NCBI RefSeq assembly: GCF_001194135.2
Contig: NC_068986.1
Span: 114,525,398-114,578,637 of the forward strand
Source of the DNA: Octopus bimaculoides
Taxonomy: Eukaryota
DNA: 53,240 bases
Direction of reading: 5' to 3'
Shown here piece after piece: positions 48,964 through 53,240 of the stretch (positions within the stretch are counted from its first letter, which is position 1; each line of letters opens with the position of its first letter). The notes below the pieces were generated by a model. That model was given only the letters and a program-made list of their open reading frames with translations, was not told where the DNA came from and did not search any database. The translations under genes and the position numbers were made by a program.

Positions 48964-49615
48964 ATCATCATCATCCTTTAACGTTCCCTTTTCCACGTTG
49001 GCATGGCCAGACGAGCCAAAAGGCCCCTATAGGTTCTGCATTTTACGGGGCACCAGCACCGGTGAGGTCGCCTTGTACCCACAAGATAAGACCCCTCAAC
49101 TGAGTGGGGTAGAGACAAGAGGAATAAGAATTTATGATAGAAGGACAGGATCAGGTATCATGCTGAAGACTTGAATACATAGCTTGCCTACTTGGAAAGT
49201 AAGAGAGAGAGAGAGAGGAAGGGAGAAAAAAGAGATGTATGGTTCAGGTACAACATGAATATGAGACAGAATAGAAGAGAAGAAAAAGTGGGTGTGTAGA
49301 GCGCACTGAGAGAAAATAGCGTGAGAGATGTTTAAAGCTAGGGAATGAGTTGAACGCTGAGGAAATCAGTTCAGTGTAGGGGGAAGTAAAAGAAACCGGG
49401 TAACATAGAAGATTGATAGAAGAGTGCGCGTCAGAAGATGAGTTGTTGGGGAAGGCTTAGCAGAAACTCAGATCTGCTGAGATGGATGGGTCTTCTCAAG
49501 CACAGCATATCGCCTTTTATCTCGATCTGCCCTCATCTCATCTGAGAGACTTAACATCTAGATCAGTTTTCACCACTTCGTCCCAAGTCTTCCTAGGTCT
49601 CCCTCTTCCACATGC
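48964..49615 (-). mobile_element. RTE LINE 3' end
   Basis: CGRGRPRKTWDEVVKTDL..DEMRADRDKRRYAVLEK at 49490-49612; purine-rich UTR tract 49200-49460; (CAT)n-CCTTTAACGTTCC terminus. Confidence 0.8.
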
Positions 49616-49747
49616 ACACTGGCATTGCTTGTCCATCGGAGCATATTAGTTTCATTAAAGATTAGTGGTTATGAGGGTAAGTAAAGGGAAATGTCTATGA
49701 GGGCAGGGGGGGAGTTAGGGAAGAACGCGAGGGTGGGAGGTTGTAGT

Positions 49748-50640
49748 TATTTGTATTTTGAAAATAGATTACGTAATTTATGGCGGCATGTAAAAATTGT
49801 GCTATTGCATTCATTCAGATGATCAGTGGATTGCATAATGGCGATGACTTCAACTGCGCAAAGATCGCACTTGTTGTTTATAGCCAGTAGACGGTTTAGC
49901 ATGGGTGACTATGGACCACTTTAAAGTGTAAGAAATTGATTCGTTCTTGAGTTAGTGCATAAGCTGAAATAAAAACGTACGGTTGGATTTTGTTTCAAGA
50001 CTTGAAGCTGGAGTAGAGGTTGCCCACTCTGGCATTGAAGGCGGTGTTGCACGATCCGATATATAAAGCTGAGTTGGCAGCTGATGCTGTGCATGTATAA
50101 ATGATGGTTTTAGTAAGACATCGATTATCTAAAAGGCAACAGATTGGGCATCGACAGCTGCAGAGAGTCATAGGGAGTGTTGTGGATGAATTTGCGGAGT
50201 GACTGTTATTTAGTGAAGGTCCAATTTTAGTGATTACTGGTGATGGTGCTAAAATTGGTATTTATTAGGGGGTTGAGGGAGACCTCAAGGGTTGTATATT
50301 ATGATAGTTTTCGTGTCAGATGATACCGTCTATATCGTTCTTTATTTCTGTATGAGGTATAGTTAGGTTGTGAGGTAGGTTTAAGGATTATTGCAGGAGA
50401 TTTGAGGGATAATGTTGGTAAGGGGGTTTATTGGTGTTCTGGATTTATATGTATGGAGCTGGGGGTTAGGATCAGTTATTAGGGTGAACGTTGGCTAGTT
50501 GTGGGTTTCTAAGTTTCTTATTGTTAAGATGTCGGATTACTCCGGCAATGTTAGTGGTGGTGGAGTAAGACAATTTTATAGATCGGGAGTTTTATATTCC
50601 TAATTTCTCTTCACAATTATAATCTCCACTCAAACTATGC
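49748..50640 (-). mobile_element. Penelope-like element: end of RT, long linker and GIY-YIG endonuclease
   Basis: EIRNINSRSIKLSYSTTTNIAGVIRHLNNKKL; CSCRCPICCLLDNRCLTKTIIYTCTASAANSALYIGSCNTAFNAR (IIY at 50096-50104, YIG at 50056-50064); KWSIV; CDLCAVE..LN..CRHK; stop at 49748-49750. Confidence 0.88.
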
Positions 50641-50995
50641 TTTCCTCCGTGTGTTAACATGGGCCGACTAATACCAAGTCAAAAGTTCATGTAGAGGTTA
50701 TTTTCAAAACCAGCGATATGCATTGGAATAACTTATGAGTAATTGTTTAAAACAACAACTTGAATATATCTAATTTTGATTGGAAGACTAAGATTCGCCA
50801 ACTATCTATATGGCATCTATCCTAGTTTGACTGAAAAAAATTTCACGTGCGTGAAGCCAGCAGGTTGCAGATTGCGTTTTAATGGTTATCGTGAAATCGA
50901 CCAAATATGCACTTATACCAGTTTTGAAAGTAAGCTCCTCATATAATCAAGATAACCTGGGCCTGAAGTGTAACCTGTGGTATACACCTCGCTTG

Positions 50996-51037
<42 letters not shown>

Positions 51038-51675
51038 TACATATATAAAAATAAACAGATAAACAGACATCTGTCTCTGGGACGTCTTCAGTGAGAAGAA
51101 TAACGCTTTTTTAATACCATCTTCGCTGGAATAGTTTATGTTGATCAAATTCTATAAGAGTTGTTTTAGTTTTCTTACACATTTTTATCAGGATCGGAAG
51201 GGCACTATTCTTGACCCTTAGGGTTTCCGAGAAGGCTGAAAGAAAGAAGGTTATTCTTAGAGAAGTGACCTGCTCCGAAAGCTTCAACAGAGTTGGGCTC
51301 TGTTAAAGTCTACAACCATCATCCCCAAAAAATGCTTCAAAATTTGGTGGCGGGGAGTTGCCTGCTGCGATCCTATGGATATTTCACATTGAAACATCAC
51401 AGGTTTATACTGAGTAACCTTATTTTACACGCACACACACACATACACTTGTACGTTTCGTTTTATAAGCGAAAGGAAAGAATTTTCTTATTAGTTGAGA
51501 CTGCACAAGAGTGTCTCGAGCGCCGATTATTTCGTGCCAAGGCATTTGTCAAAGATTTGTCATGTGCCTTGACACAAAGTTCTAAGACCTTGACTCATAT
51601 ACACGCATATATACTAAACAACCACATTATACATACATATATATATACACATACAGACATACACACTTTTACTTT

Positions 51676-52046
51676 TACTTGTTTCAGTCATTTGACAGCA
51701 GCCATGTTGGAGCACCGCCTTTAGTCGAACAGATCGACCTCGGGAGTTATTCTTTGTAAGCCTAGAACTTACTCTATCGGTCTCTTTTGCCGAACCGCTA
51801 GCTTACGGGGACGTAATCACGCCAACATCGGTTGTCAAGCGATGGTGGAGGGAACAAACACAGACACAGACACACAAATACATACATATACACGACGGGC
51901 TTCTTTTAGACTCCGTCTACCAAATCCATACACAAAGCTTTCGTCGGCCTGAGGCGATAGTAGAAGACATTTGCCCAAGGTGCCACGCAGTGGGACTGAA
52001 CACGGAACCATGTGGTTCGGAAGGAAGCTTCTTACCACACAGCCAC
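51676..52046 (-). mobile_element. SINE family A, near full length
   Basis: Same head, CORE-like ACCTTGGGCAAATGTCTT, body and tail as 26788-27178. Confidence 0.9.
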
Positions 52047-52380
52047 ATACATACATACACACACACACATATATATATATATACACATATATATATATAC
52101 ATACATACATACATACATACATACATACATACATACATACATACTATATATATTAACACTCCACATCCGGTGCAGCATGTTTACTTCATATATTCCTAGT
52201 TGTCGAAAATCCATTGCGTTCAAGGCCCTGTTTCGCTACCAAGCAGCAACTCATTTAGTAGATAAGCATCATACAACTACACTTTTAATCAGCCATCTGG
52301 GGCATTTAGAAGAGAATACATCGCATTTATCCTTAACTGCTACGCATACACACGTATATATGTGTGTGAATACATGTATA

Positions 52381-52422
<42 letters not shown>

Positions 52423-52423
<1 letters not shown>

Positions 52424-52600
52424 TAGCTTAAAAGTCGCCCTGCTGGGCGGAATTTAAGCTAGCTCCTACAGAGGGCTCTTCATTAGGACTTGGGCTCTTC
52501 ATTGGGACTTGGGCCCAACAATGACACTTCATGAGTACATGTCAAATTTTATTAAACTTGAACAATCTTTTTAAAGCAATGAGCAATCTTCTTCAAAGCT
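52423..52600 (-). mobile_element. Helitron-type 3' terminus (right boundary uncertain)
   Basis: Minus strand reads CGCCC-AGCA-GGGCG hairpin, 9 nt, then CTAG|T, which is the canonical Helitron 3' end. It abuts (TA)n. Confidence 0.6.
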
Positions 52601-52984
52601 GATATGATCTGTCGAGTTGGAACTTATTGCAAAACTGCATGATAAACCACAGTATCACCATCGTCGCCACCACATCTGCCATACACACACCATTCAGACT
52701 TCTGACACCACCACCATCAACACCTTTCACTTCGCCGCCTTCCCTTCCACCACCATCACCACTGTCTTTCACATCACTTCCTCTCAGCGTCATCCATGAC
52801 CGCCTCGGCTACCACCATCATCACCGCCGCCTCCGCCTCTATCACAACTACAGCTCATACTATTACTGTCACCCCATTGCCATCGTTCAGCATGTTAGTT
52901 CAGTGTTTAGTCTCTCTTTTTCTCACATAGTCCCTCTTTCTATGCGTTGGATATACGGTATTGTTCCTGTGGTCTTCCACCCTT

Positions 52985-53200
52985 ATGTAGCCATTCTTAC
53001 CATAATTTATATATATATATATATCTATATATAGCTCATATATATCTAAATATATATATAATATTTATATATATATCTATATAGATATTATATGCAATTT
53101 ATATCTATATGTATATTATATTTATATCTATATATATATATATATATGTAATAATAATATCTATATCTATATTTATATAATATTTATATATATATATATT

Positions 53201-53240
<40 letters not shown>
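52985..53240. repeat. Complex (TA)n-rich microsatellite
   Basis: Visible directly. Confidence 0.95.

Noticed and set aside
51180-51420. DRKGTILD, faintly mariner-like, and ORF 51293-51724
   Set aside because: One short motif only; the ORF continues into microsatellite and a SINE tail.
234-53034. Most ORFs in the six-frame track (poly-HT, YI, CV, LS/ER, poly-N/I/T and X-filled ORFs)
   Set aside because: They are translations of di-, tri- and tetranucleotide microsatellites or run through N gaps; no domain content.

Overview
AT-rich, microsatellite-dense eukaryotic genomic DNA with many N gaps, nearly all flanked by (TA)n, (CA)n or (GA)n runs. The repeat landscape (tRNA-derived SINEs, RTE, CR1 and R4/Dong-type LINEs, Penelope-like elements) looks like an octopus or other coleoid cephalopod genome; this is inferred from recalled repeat families, not from a search. 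No intact protein-coding gene is present. Almost all ORF-track entries are translations of microsatellites or gaps. The recognisable coding remnants are decayed transposons: RTE, CR1, R4/Dong, two Penelope-like GIY-YIG fragments, a Tc1/mariner end and Helitron pieces. The window reads as intron or intergenic DNA, with two weak + strand exon candidates (12154-12197 and from 45050). I found no clear new multi-gene system. The best leads are: (1) a perfect 30-bp hairpin at 27976-28042; (2) an RTE copy with twin-priming inversion geometry whose catalytic segment is replaced by an inverted copy of DNA from 4 kb upstream; (3) a 3' tail shared by CR1 LINEs and SINEs that shows compensatory base changes; (4) a CR1 copy with an in-frame deletion of the RT core; (5) two locally confined, degenerate minisatellite families. 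All family assignments come from manual translation and remembered consensus motifs and need RepeatMasker/HMM confirmation.
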